64,000 nt of DNA. Origin: an uncultured Candidatus Saccharibacteria bacterium. GTDB lineage: Bacteria > Patescibacteriota > Minisyncoccia > Phycocordibacterales > Zambryskibacteraceae. The stretch is from the NCBI GenBank assembly GCA_964357635.1, contig CAYHLZ010000001.1:133166-197165 (forward strand), written 5' to 3'. Each line of letters opens with the position of its first letter. Positions within the stretch are counted from its first letter, which is position 1. The translations under genes and the position numbers were made by a program. Positions 28,227-35,392 of this stretch are shown here, in pieces. Below the pieces are notes generated by a model, which was given only the letters and a program-made list of their open reading frames with translations, searched no databases and had not been told where the DNA came from.

Positions 28227-29282
28227 CTATTCTACCGATGGTTTGTCTAAAGTCAACGGCTCAAGGTCTATGCCAGATCCGGTGATACGGAGAACGTCTT
28301 TATCTACCTTGCCAAGCTCCTTATAGCCGGAGTTATAGTGGTTTATGGTTGTGGAGAGGGCGTTACCGAGCTTGGTGTAGTACTCTTCATAGCTTTTGAG
28401 GTGTTTACCCAGTTCCTCTACCCTCTTTATAATCTCAACCGCCTTCTCTTCTATATGTAGAGCGTTTAGACCCTGTAAAACAGTCTGGAGGTAAGCAAGA
28501 AACGAGGTTGGAGAGACTATTAGTACATGGTATTTGGACGCAGCACGCTGGATTAGAGTCTCGGAGTCCTCTTTCAGTGCTCCAATCTTGTTTATTATGA
28601 GGTCATAGTAGATGGCTTCGTGCGGGATGAACATAAAAGCGAAGTCCATGGTGCCTTGAGAGGGCTGAATATACTTGGCAGTCTCGGTAATACGGTTTTT
28701 CAAGTCGGCGACAAAGGCTTTTTCCAATTTTTCTTTCTCAACTTCATTTTTTTCTTCAATAATTCTATTGTAATTCTCCAAAGAGAACTTGGAATCAACT
28801 GGAATGATCTTGTCTTTGACGAAAACGGCGGCATCAACAATAGTGCCGTCTTTGAAAGCGTATTGCATCTGGTAAGAGCCGGGTGGTAAAACATTTTTCA
28901 ATAAAGTTTCCAAATAATATTCACCAAGCACTCCTCTCTGCTTAGGATTTTTTAAAATATCTTGCAGAGATTGCAGTTGATCTGCAAAAGAAACAACCTG
29001 TCTGTTTGTCTCATCAAGTTTTGTCAGTCCCGTTGTTACTTCGCGAATAAGTTTTGCCGACTCACCGAATTGCGCCCGCACCGACTCGTTCATCATTTTA
29101 TTTGTCTCCGCCATCTTCTGGTCCACGGTGCGAGAAAATTCATTGAGCTGTGTCAAAAGTAATTTCATCCCCTCTCCATCAGTCTCCGATTTTTTTCCGC
29201 TAAATCTTTTTGCAAAGACAAAAAGTGCGATAGCATTGACTACTACAAGAGAGACAACTACCACTAGAACGAGATTAGACAT
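28227..29282 (-). CDS. rmuC: DNA recombination protein RmuC (start at the TM helix MSNLVLVVVV)
   Basis: N-terminal TM helix, a coiled coil and a C-terminal RmuC nuclease-like domain containing 'MDFAFMFIPHEAIYYDLI'. The longer ORF start at 29396 would overlap the next gene and is rejected. Confidence 0.85.
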   Translation of the reverse strand: MSNLVLVVVVSLVVVNAIALFVFAKRFSGKKSETDGEGMKLLLTQLNEFSRTVDQKMAETNKMMNESVRAQFGESAKLIREVTTGLTKLDETNRQVVSFADQLQSLQDILKNPKQRGVLGEYYLETLLKNVLPPGSYQMQYAFKDGTIVDAAVFVKDKIIPVDSKFSLENYNRIIEEKNEVEKEKLEKAFVADLKNRITETAKYIQPSQGTMDFAFMFIPHEAIYYDLIINKIGALKEDSETLIQRAASKYHVLIVSPTSFLAYLQTVLQGLNALHIEEKAVEIIKRVEELGKHLKSYEEYYTKLGNALSTTINHYNSGYKELGKVDKDVLRITGSGIDLEPLTLDKPSVE

Positions 29283-29302
29283 TCTTGTATTATAATAGAT
29301 AT

Positions 29303-29776
29303 ATGTCACTTCACCAAGATATTCGCCAAGAAATGACAGAGGCGATGAAAGCCAAAGATGCCTTATCTTTAAACGTTTTACGGGGACTCCTATCAAGCTT
29401 TACTAATGAAGCAGTTAGCAAAAAAAGAAAGCCAGATGAAGAACTTTCTGACGAAGAAGCACTTACCGTCATCAGTCGCGCTGTTAAACAGAGAAAAGAT
29501 TCTATCTCTCAATTTGAAAAAGGAAATCGTGCTGATTTGGCAGAAATAGAAAAATTAGAGCTCAAAATTCTTGAAAAATACCTCCCCGCCCAGCTCTCTA
29601 AAGAGGAAATTTCGGCCTATGTAAAGTCTAGACAAGCCGAACTTAATATGACAGATTTTTCCAAGAAAAATATCTTTATGGGTACGATAATGAAAGAATT
29701 AAAGGGTAAAACCGACGGCGCGCTCGTTAAGGAGGTTATTGACTTGGTCTTCTCCCCAGATTTTCCTTCCAAATAG
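29303..29776 (+). CDS. GatB/YqeY-domain protein
   Basis: 'LRGLLSSFTNEAVSKKRKPDEELSDEEALTVISRAVKQRKDSI' is YqeY-like. The ATG lies 7 nt downstream of a TATAAT at 29291..29296 with no SD, so the transcript is possibly leaderless. Confidence 0.8.
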   Translation: MSLHQDIRQEMTEAMKAKDALSLNVLRGLLSSFTNEAVSKKRKPDEELSDEEALTVISRAVKQRKDSISQFEKGNRADLAEIEKLELKILEKYLPAQLSKEEISAYVKSRQAELNMTDFSKKNIFMGTIMKELKGKTDGALVKEVIDLVFSPDFPSK

Positions 29777-29840
29777 TTACGCAGAACCACTCTCGGGGAC
29801 TATAATAGAGAGATAAATTATTAGTATTAATTTTAGCACC

Positions 29841-32183
29841 GTGAAGAAAAATACCACCGCCAAAAAATCAGTTCTCGCAAAAATTATCAAGCGAGACAAG
29901 TCAGTTGTTGCCTTTGATGCAAAAAAAATTGCACGCGCGGTGGAAAAAGCGATGCTCGCAGCTGGAGAGTTCCGTGCTGGGCAAGCCGAGAAGATAACAG
30001 ATGCTATTTCCGACAAACTTTTGGCGCAGAAAGAGACGGAACCAAACTTTGTTCCAACAGTTGAAGGTGTCCAAGACTTGGTGGAAGCAGAACTGATGCT
30101 CCACAAGTTCCCTGCTACTGCCAAGGCATACATTCTTTACCGTGCCGAGCGCACTCGCGTGCGAGTAGAGCGTGGTGATGTGCCAGAACACGTACGAGTC
30201 CTTGCAGAAGAGAGTAAAAAACATTTCAAAAATAATCACCTTGGAGAATTTATTTATCTCCGCACTTATTCCAAGTGGATAGAGTCAGAAGGCCGTCGCG
30301 AGACTTGGGTTGAAACTGTGGACCGCTATGTTAACTTCATGAAAGAAAGTCTCGGTAACAAACTTACAACGGCAGAATACTCCGAAGTTCGTGAAGCAAT
30401 CTTGAAACAAGAGGTTATGCCATCAATGCGACTGATGCAATTTGCTGGAGAGGCAGTACGAAGATGTAATACTTGTGCGTACAACTGTTCTTTTATTGCT
30501 CCGGCGAAATTGGGTGACTTCGCGGAGATTATGTATCTTTCAATGATGGGTACTGGCGTTGGTTTCTCTGTTGAGAGTCAAAATATTGAAAAACTTCCAC
30601 AGATAAAAAAACAAACTGGGAAAAAACTTGCCCCCCACGTTATTGAAGATTCAAAAGAAGGTTGGGCCAACGCTCTAACTCTTGGTCTTAAGACTTGGTA
30701 TGCGGGTAAAGATATAGAATTTGATTATTCCCTCATCCGTCCAGCTGGTGCCAGACTAAAAACTATGGGTGGCAAGGCTTCCGGACCAGAACCACTTCGC
30801 TCTCTCTTGGTTTTTGCTCGCGAAAGGATTCTTAAACGCCAAGGTAGACGTCTCCGGGGCATAGATGCACACGATATCACTTGTAAAATCGGCGAATGTG
30901 TCGTCGCTGGAGGTGTCCGAAGGACGGCCATGATTTCTCTCTCTGATTTGGATGATTCTGATTTGCGTGATGCCAAGAAGGGCCAATTTTTCCTCACTGA
31001 CCCACACCGCTCGGTCGCAAATAACTCTGCAGTCTATGAGACAAGACCCTCAAACACAGAACTCATGACAGAATGGGTTTCTCTAATGAAGTCCGGTTCT
31101 GGTGAACGAGGCATCTTCAACCGTGGGGCTATCGGCAACACCCTACCAGAACGCCGTGCCAAATATTTTAGAAAAGCTGGATTTATAGACGCAGACGGAG
31201 TGGTGCAGGGCCCTATTGGTACCAACCCGTGTGGAGAGATTCTTTTGCAATCAAAACAGTTTTGTAATCTCTCCGAAATTATCGCTCGTGCGGGAGATTC
31301 TCGAGAAGAACTTGTTCGCAAGGCACGCATAGCTTCTATTCTTGGAACGTATCAGTCCACTCTTACAAAGTTTAGGTATATCTCAAAAGACTGGAATAAG
31401 CACTGTGATGACGAACGTCTCTTGGGTGTCTCTATCACAGGTCAGTGGGACTCTGAGGTCGCTCGCGAACCAGAAAGTATGCAAGCAATGCGCGACACCG
31501 CTGTTGAGACAAATCAAATTTATGCCAAAAGATTTGGAATTAAGCCTTCCACTTCTGTTACCGCAGTCAAACCTTCTGGCAATGTCTCACAAACTTTCAA
31601 TTGCTCATCTGGTATTCACCCCCGCCACTCCAAGTACTACATCAGACGTGTAAGAATTTCTGCCACCGACTCACTCTTCAAAATGCTGAAAGACCAAGGT
31701 GTACCGTATAACCCAGAAGTTGGTCAACAAGAAGGCACGGCATCTACCTATGTCATTGACTTCCCTGTTGAAGCCCCGGGCGGTTCTACTTTCAAAGACG
31801 ACTTAACTGCACTTGATCAACTTGAATACTGGAAGAAAGTAAAAATGAATTTCACCGAACACAATCCTTCAGCCACTATCTCTGTCGGAGAAAATGAATG
31901 GATCGGTGTTGTGGACTGGCTCCAGAGAAATTGGGATATCATCGGCGGACTCTCCTTCCTGCCACGCACAGACCACGTCTACCGCCTTGCTCCCTACGAA
32001 TCTATAGACCAAAAGCGTTATGAGGAACTCAAAGCAAGTTTCCCTAAAGTGGACTACGCCAAACTCGTTACTTACGAAAGAACTGACGATACAGACCAGA
32101 AGAAAGAAATGGCCTGTGTTGGAAATGTCTGCGAGATTGACTCCGTTGAGATGTCAGGCGTTGCCACCCAATCTAGCTCCTAA
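29841..32183 (+). CDS. nrdJ: Adenosylcobalamin-dependent (class II) ribonucleotide reductase with an N-terminal ATP-cone; GTG start
   Basis: ATP-cone 'KRDKSVVAFDAKKIARAVEKAM', the active-site 'NPCGEI' and thiyl-radical Cys motifs. 780 aa. Confidence 0.9.
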   Translation: MKKNTTAKKSVLAKIIKRDKSVVAFDAKKIARAVEKAMLAAGEFRAGQAEKITDAISDKLLAQKETEPNFVPTVEGVQDLVEAELMLHKFPATAKAYILYRAERTRVRVERGDVPEHVRVLAEESKKHFKNNHLGEFIYLRTYSKWIESEGRRETWVETVDRYVNFMKESLGNKLTTAEYSEVREAILKQEVMPSMRLMQFAGEAVRRCNTCAYNCSFIAPAKLGDFAEIMYLSMMGTGVGFSVESQNIEKLPQIKKQTGKKLAPHVIEDSKEGWANALTLGLKTWYAGKDIEFDYSLIRPAGARLKTMGGKASGPEPLRSLLVFARERILKRQGRRLRGIDAHDITCKIGECVVAGGVRRTAMISLSDLDDSDLRDAKKGQFFLTDPHRSVANNSAVYETRPSNTELMTEWVSLMKSGSGERGIFNRGAIGNTLPERRAKYFRKAGFIDADGVVQGPIGTNPCGEILLQSKQFCNLSEIIARAGDSREELVRKARIASILGTYQSTLTKFRYISKDWNKHCDDERLLGVSITGQWDSEVAREPESMQAMRDTAVETNQIYAKRFGIKPSTSVTAVKPSGNVSQTFNCSSGIHPRHSKYYIRRVRISATDSLFKMLKDQGVPYNPEVGQQEGTASTYVIDFPVEAPGGSTFKDDLTALDQLEYWKKVKMNFTEHNPSATISVGENEWIGVVDWLQRNWDIIGGLSFLPRTDHVYRLAPYESIDQKRYEELKASFPKVDYAKLVTYERTDDTDQKKEMACVGNVCEIDSVEMSGVATQSSS

Positions 32184-32190
32184 TACCGTC

Positions 32191-32445
32191 TTAAGCCTTC
32201 AGGAAGCCTTCTTTTCTCAAGATTTTGACCTTGGCGAGGTGTCCCGACCTATACCCGCCTATATCACCATTTGAGCGAATGACCCTGTGGCAGGGCACTT
32301 TTGGGCTAGTGTTTTTATTCAAAATATTTCCTACTGCCCGTGAGGCCCCTGGATTCCCCGCCCTCTTTGCCACTTCTTTGTATGTCAAAACTTTTCCCTT
32401 CGGGATCTTTGCTACCACCGCATAAACTTTTTCTTTAAAAGTCAT
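32191..32445 (-). CDS. ogt: Methylated-DNA-protein-cysteine methyltransferase, catalytic/DNA-binding domain only (85 aa)
   Basis: 'PCHRVIRSNGDIGGY' active-site Cys motif. The start is taken at 'MTFKEKVYAVV'. The longer ORF start at 32541 would run through a terminator hairpin. Confidence 0.85.
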   Translation of the reverse strand: MTFKEKVYAVVAKIPKGKVLTYKEVAKRAGNPGASRAVGNILNKNTSPKVPCHRVIRSNGDIGGYRSGHLAKVKILRKEGFLKA

Positions 32446-32466
32446 TGGTTTATATATTACACGATA

Positions 32467-32506
32467 TGTATAAAATAAAAGACGCCGTACCCGAAGGTCG
32501 TGCGTC
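32467..32506 (-). terminator. Intrinsic terminator on the minus strand: GACGCACGACCTTCGGGTACGGCGTC followed by TTTTATTTTAT
   Basis: Stem-loop with a UUCG-type loop followed by a U-rich tract when read on the minus strand. It sits at the end of a 650-bp ORF-free region and upstream of ogt. Confidence 0.7.
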
Positions 32507-33000
32507 TGGCTAGCTAGGCGATCAGGGAGTGGAGATTCCACAACGATTTTGTTTGACTGGCGGTGAAGCCTGCCATTCTAGTCGTTGAGGAGGTTCCCCA
32601 ACTACCCTGATGCCCTGCACCCGTTGGCCCTAGTTTTTTAGTCTATGACCAAAGATACCCTTTTTTACCGTTGACACCGGAATGTATGTCTTTGGATCCC
32701 AAGGAATGGGGAATCAACTCTTCTAAGCCATCTGTTTAGTTTTGCAACCAATCGCGGTTATCCTACCCGCGACCCAGGGGCATTTGCCTTTTGTGAGAGT
32801 CTCTTAGGATTAGAGACTATTCTCACTGAGACAATTTTTCGTTGAGTCAATGATACGAGTGACTGCTCGTGTTTAGGATACTCCTTTCGGAGATCCTTTG
32901 AAGGAAGATCGCTCTCCCAATGATTACTGGTATTGAAACCAGAAACAAGGTATTCCTCCCTGTCCCATAACCATTACAGTCTTTAGTACACAGATCTAAC
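32507..33000 (-). ncRNA. Unassigned structured ncRNA candidate (possibly more than one RNA); identity not established
   Basis: There is no ORF of 60 aa or more on either strand across 32446..33113. The segment is packed with stable local hairpins, e.g. GTGAGAGTCTC...GAGACTATTCTCAC, GGATACTCC-TTTC-GGAGATCC and CGCGG...CCGCG. On the minus strand a candidate promoter TTGACA-N16-TAGTAT lies at ~33035..33006. The minus-strand terminator is at 32467..32506. Confidence 0.4.
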
Positions 33001-33113
33001 AGGAAATACTATCAGTTTAACTTTTAGTGTCAATTGACTTTTATCGTTTTTGTGGACTATTTTGTGGATAAATTGTTGATAAAGACCAAAATTTTCGCTA
33101 TTCTTGGCTTCAC

Positions 33114-33185
33114 GGCCCTATCGTCTATCGGCTAGGACGGAGCCTTCTCAAGGCTCAAAGCGGGGTTCGATTCCCCGTAGGGTCA
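33114..33185 (+). tRNA. tRNA-Glu (anticodon CTC), 72 nt, CCA not encoded
   Basis: Cloverleaf: acceptor GGCCCTA/TAGGGTC; anticodon stem GAGCC/GGCTC with loop TTCTCAA; T-arm CGGGG-TTCGATT-CCCCG. Confidence 0.85.
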
Positions 33186-33320
33186 CAAATTGACTTCCCT
33201 ATTTTATTGTCATTGACACGGGCGCCTTTTAAATTCCGAAAAAATTTTGTCCACAATTTTTTCCTAAATTGGGAGATTTTTAAATTAAGATTAAGAAAGA
33301 CTTTTGTGAGGGCTACTTTT

Positions 33321-33650
33321 ATGCGAAAGCGACGAAGACGAGTACAGGTAACCTGTCTCTGTTCGGCTTACGAGTTTCCCCACCGTATCGGTGGAGGACG
33401 CTGTTCTGGAGGTGCTTGGGCCAGAAGCTACATGGAAACTGTCGGCGAGTGTTGCAAGCACTGCGTTGCCAACCGAGGTGCCTCCGAGTGTGACGTGGCA
33501 GATGGTGCCGAAACCATTGCACACTGCGAAGGCTTCAGAGACCACCTTCTCTACCAACCGACCATTCGTCTCCCTGTCAGGGTGGAGACACTTATGGAGA
33601 GACGTCTCTTCTACTACGAGTATGCGGAGCTTGTCTTTGACCGGGCGTAA
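33321..33650 (+). CDS. Hypothetical basic Cys-rich small protein (109 aa) in a GC-rich segment; coding status uncertain (ncRNA is the alternative)
   Basis: ATG preceded by GAGGG at -13. 'MRKRRRRVQVTCLCS...GECCKHCVANRGASECDV...HCEGF'. The stop codon is embedded in a perfect terminator hairpin. Three overlapping ORFs here reflect high local GC content. Confidence 0.35.
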   Translation: MRKRRRRVQVTCLCSAYEFPHRIGGGRCSGGAWARSYMETVGECCKHCVANRGASECDVADGAETIAHCEGFRDHLLYQPTIRLPVRVETLMERRLFYYEYAELVFDRA

Positions 33651-33683
33651 CATGAAGAATGTTACGCCCGACTTCTTTTTGTT
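33643..33683 (+). terminator. Intrinsic terminator GGGCGTAACATgaagaATGTTACGCCC followed by GACTTCTTTTTGTT
   Basis: Perfect 11-bp stem plus a T-tract. Confidence 0.85.
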
Positions 33684-33699
33684 AAGTTATACTTAGCAA

Positions 33700-34365
33700 G
33701 TGAATATAGAAAACAAACCGCTTCGCTACCCTTCAAACGAACTTACAAGTGGCCTGCTCCACCTCGTGGGAGCTCTCTTTGCCATCGTGGTACTAGTAGT
33801 GCTTATTGTTCTTGGTGCACGCTACGGAAACTCTTGGCACGTGGTGGGTTACAGTCTCTACGGTGCAGGACTTATCCTTCTCTACGTGGCGAGCGCCTCT
33901 TACCACCTGATCCCATCCAAATTTGAGCGAGCAAAAGGGATCGCGAGGCATCTTGACCACGCCATGATTTTCGTCCTCATCGCCGCGACTTACACCCCAG
34001 TCACTTTTCTTGCACTTGAGGGTGCGTGGCGCTGGTCGATTTTTGGCACCATCTGGGGACTCGCCATCCTCGGCGTTGCGATAAAACTTTTTCGCATACC
34101 ATTTCATCCCGCACTCTCCACCGCTCTCTACCTCTTCTTGGGCTGGCTTATCGTTCTTGCCATTGCTCCCCTCCGCGCTTCTTTATCTCCCGCAGAACTT
34201 GCTCTTCTCTTTTTTGGCGGTCTTTCTTATACTCTTGGCGTAGTCTTCTTTGCTCTAGATAAAGTGTTGGCGCCGAGAAAACACTTCTGGATGCATGAAA
34301 TTTTTCATGTCTTTGTTCTAGGTGGCAGTACCCTTCACACTATCCTCATGTTTCTCTTGCTCTGA
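33700..34365 (+). CDS. Hemolysin-III / PAQR-family membrane protein
   Basis: Seven-TM protein. His-rich motifs 'ASASYHL', 'HLDHAMIF' and 'HEIFHVFVLGGSTLH' are typical of HlyIII. Confidence 0.85.
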   Translation: MNIENKPLRYPSNELTSGLLHLVGALFAIVVLVVLIVLGARYGNSWHVVGYSLYGAGLILLYVASASYHLIPSKFERAKGIARHLDHAMIFVLIAATYTPVTFLALEGAWRWSIFGTIWGLAILGVAIKLFRIPFHPALSTALYLFLGWLIVLAIAPLRASLSPAELALLFFGGLSYTLGVVFFALDKVLAPRKHFWMHEIFHVFVLGGSTLHTILMFLLL

Positions 34366-34378
34366 TAATTTGTTTTTT

Positions 34379-34909
34379 CTATTGCCCAAACCACTGGTTC
34401 AAAAGAAACCCGACAGCAAACGCAAGTGTCGCAGCAACACCACCGATGAAAAGCGTTCTTAAGGCGGTGAGAGATTTATTTTTTTCTGTGATGTAACCCT
34501 GTATTCCGCCAACTACTAAGAATGCCACAGCAGCGAAGGCAAAAGAAAATATGGGTGTGTGAGTGCTAATGAGTGGAGAAAACGGTGCCACAAGAAATGG
34601 CAGAAGCGGGACAAATCCAACTACGACAAAAGAAGCAAAGGTTGTAAGACCACTGGCCATGGGATTTTTCCAATCAGGGTGTTCGCGGTTGTGCGCCGCC
34701 ACCAGATCGTTTTGTGAACGAGTAGATAGATAGTCAGAAACTCCCATGGAGAAACCATCTGCCACGAGGTTTGCAAACCCTAAAATGATAACAATAAGAG
34801 GACTCAAAGCTGCGCCCATCGCCCCAGCCATGATGGCCAAAGTAGTGATGGCGCCATCAATCCCGCCATAGACAAAGTCCGAGAGGTATTCGTTATCTTT
34901 CCCTAGCAT
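34379..34909 (-). CDS. VIT1/CCC1-family iron/manganese transporter-like membrane protein
   Basis: 'DFVYGGIDGAITTLAIMAGAMGA' is the VIT-family N-terminal motif. Five TM segments. Confidence 0.8.
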   Translation of the reverse strand: MLGKDNEYLSDFVYGGIDGAITTLAIMAGAMGAALSPLIVIILGFANLVADGFSMGVSDYLSTRSQNDLVAAHNREHPDWKNPMASGLTTFASFVVVGFVPLLPFLVAPFSPLISTHTPIFSFAFAAVAFLVVGGIQGYITEKNKSLTALRTLFIGGVAATLAFAVGFLLNQWFGQ

Positions 34910-34928
34910 TGTATATATAGCTTACTAC

Positions 34929-34967
34929 ACAAACAAAAAAGCGGGGGCGTCTTTCAACACCTCCCGC
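34929..34967 (-). terminator. Intrinsic terminator on the minus strand: GCGGGAGGTGTTGAAAGACGCCCCCGC followed by TTTTTTGTTTG
   Basis: Located directly after the stop codon of the basic-protein gene. Confidence 0.8.
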
Positions 34968-34968
34968 T

Positions 34969-35331
34969 TCACACCATGAGCTCAAGCTGTCCTCCCGCTC
35001 CGAGCTTGGAAGGGATGATTCCCTTTTCTTCAACTCGACTGGGTATACCACGGACACGCTTGGAAGCCCTGATAAGGCCACCACGTCGACCGAAGTATGC
35101 ACCGAGTGCAGAGTTGTAAGCTCGACGTACCTTCTTGTCCTTGATGTGGCAATCATTGAGAGCGTTACGTCGCACATCAATGAAAGACATATCGGTATAC
35201 TTCTTGCGGATCTCACCCATCTTCTTGATGATGATCTCCAGAGTCTGTGGATGGACTTTGGCCGAGTGCTTTACTACGGCCTTCTTGATGACAGCTATTT
35301 CAGCGTCTGTGAAGAACGAATTTGAATTCAA
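34969..35331 (-). CDS. Abundantly expressed small basic protein of unknown identity (TTG start, 120 aa); possibly a ribosomal or RNA-binding protein
   Basis: Consensus promoter TTGACA-N18-TATAAT. Perfect SD AAGGAGGTGA 6 nt before the TTG. Own terminator. 'MNSNSFFTDAEIAVIKK...KKVRRAYNSALGAYFGRRGGLIRASKRVRG'. Confidence 0.55.
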   Translation of the reverse strand: MNSNSFFTDAEIAVIKKAVVKHSAKVHPQTLEIIIKKMGEIRKKYTDMSFIDVRRNALNDCHIKDKKVRRAYNSALGAYFGRRGGLIRASKRVRGIPSRVEEKGIIPSKLGAGGQLELMV

Positions 35332-35354
35332 GGTAATCACCTCCTTTCTACCAA

Positions 35355-35388
35355 GTATTATAGTACACAATAGCCTCAATTGTCAAGT
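35355..35388 (-). promoter_or_regulatory. Near-consensus sigma70-type promoter (TTGACA-N18-TATAAT) driving the basic-protein gene
   Basis: The plus strand reads attata at 35357..35362 and tgtcaa at 35381..35386, i.e. TATAAT and TTGACA on the minus strand. Confidence 0.7.
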
Positions 35389-35392
35389 ACTG

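Noticed and set aside
29777-29840. Cobalamin riboswitch upstream of nrdJ
   Set aside because: The intergenic space is only 64 nt, which is far too short for a B12 riboswitch aptamer and expression platform.
32700-33060. Assignment of the ORF-free region as RNase P RNA, based on an ACAGAUGGCUUAG CR-V-like motif and an AGUCCA P4 partner on the minus strand
   Set aside because: CR-IV (GGGUGAAA/GGUAAGAGC) could not be found. The spacing leaves no room for P2/P3 between the putative P1 and P4 strands. It is kept only as one hypothesis inside the ncRNA finding, not called as rnpB.
33114-33185. Possibility that the tRNA-like T-arm/acceptor here is the 3' tRNA-like domain of a tmRNA
   Set aside because: A complete D-arm and anticodon arm with a canonical 7-nt loop (TTCTCAA) are present, so it is an ordinary tRNA-Glu. 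No tag-ORF or resume codon context was found nearby.
33291-33696. ORFs 33291..33653 (minus strand) and 33391..33696 (plus strand) overlapping the Cys-rich ORF
   Set aside because: The minus-strand ORF starts inside the terminator hairpin and encodes a low-complexity Ser/Thr-rich product. The plus-strand ORF reads straight through the terminator. Both are by-products of high local GC content.
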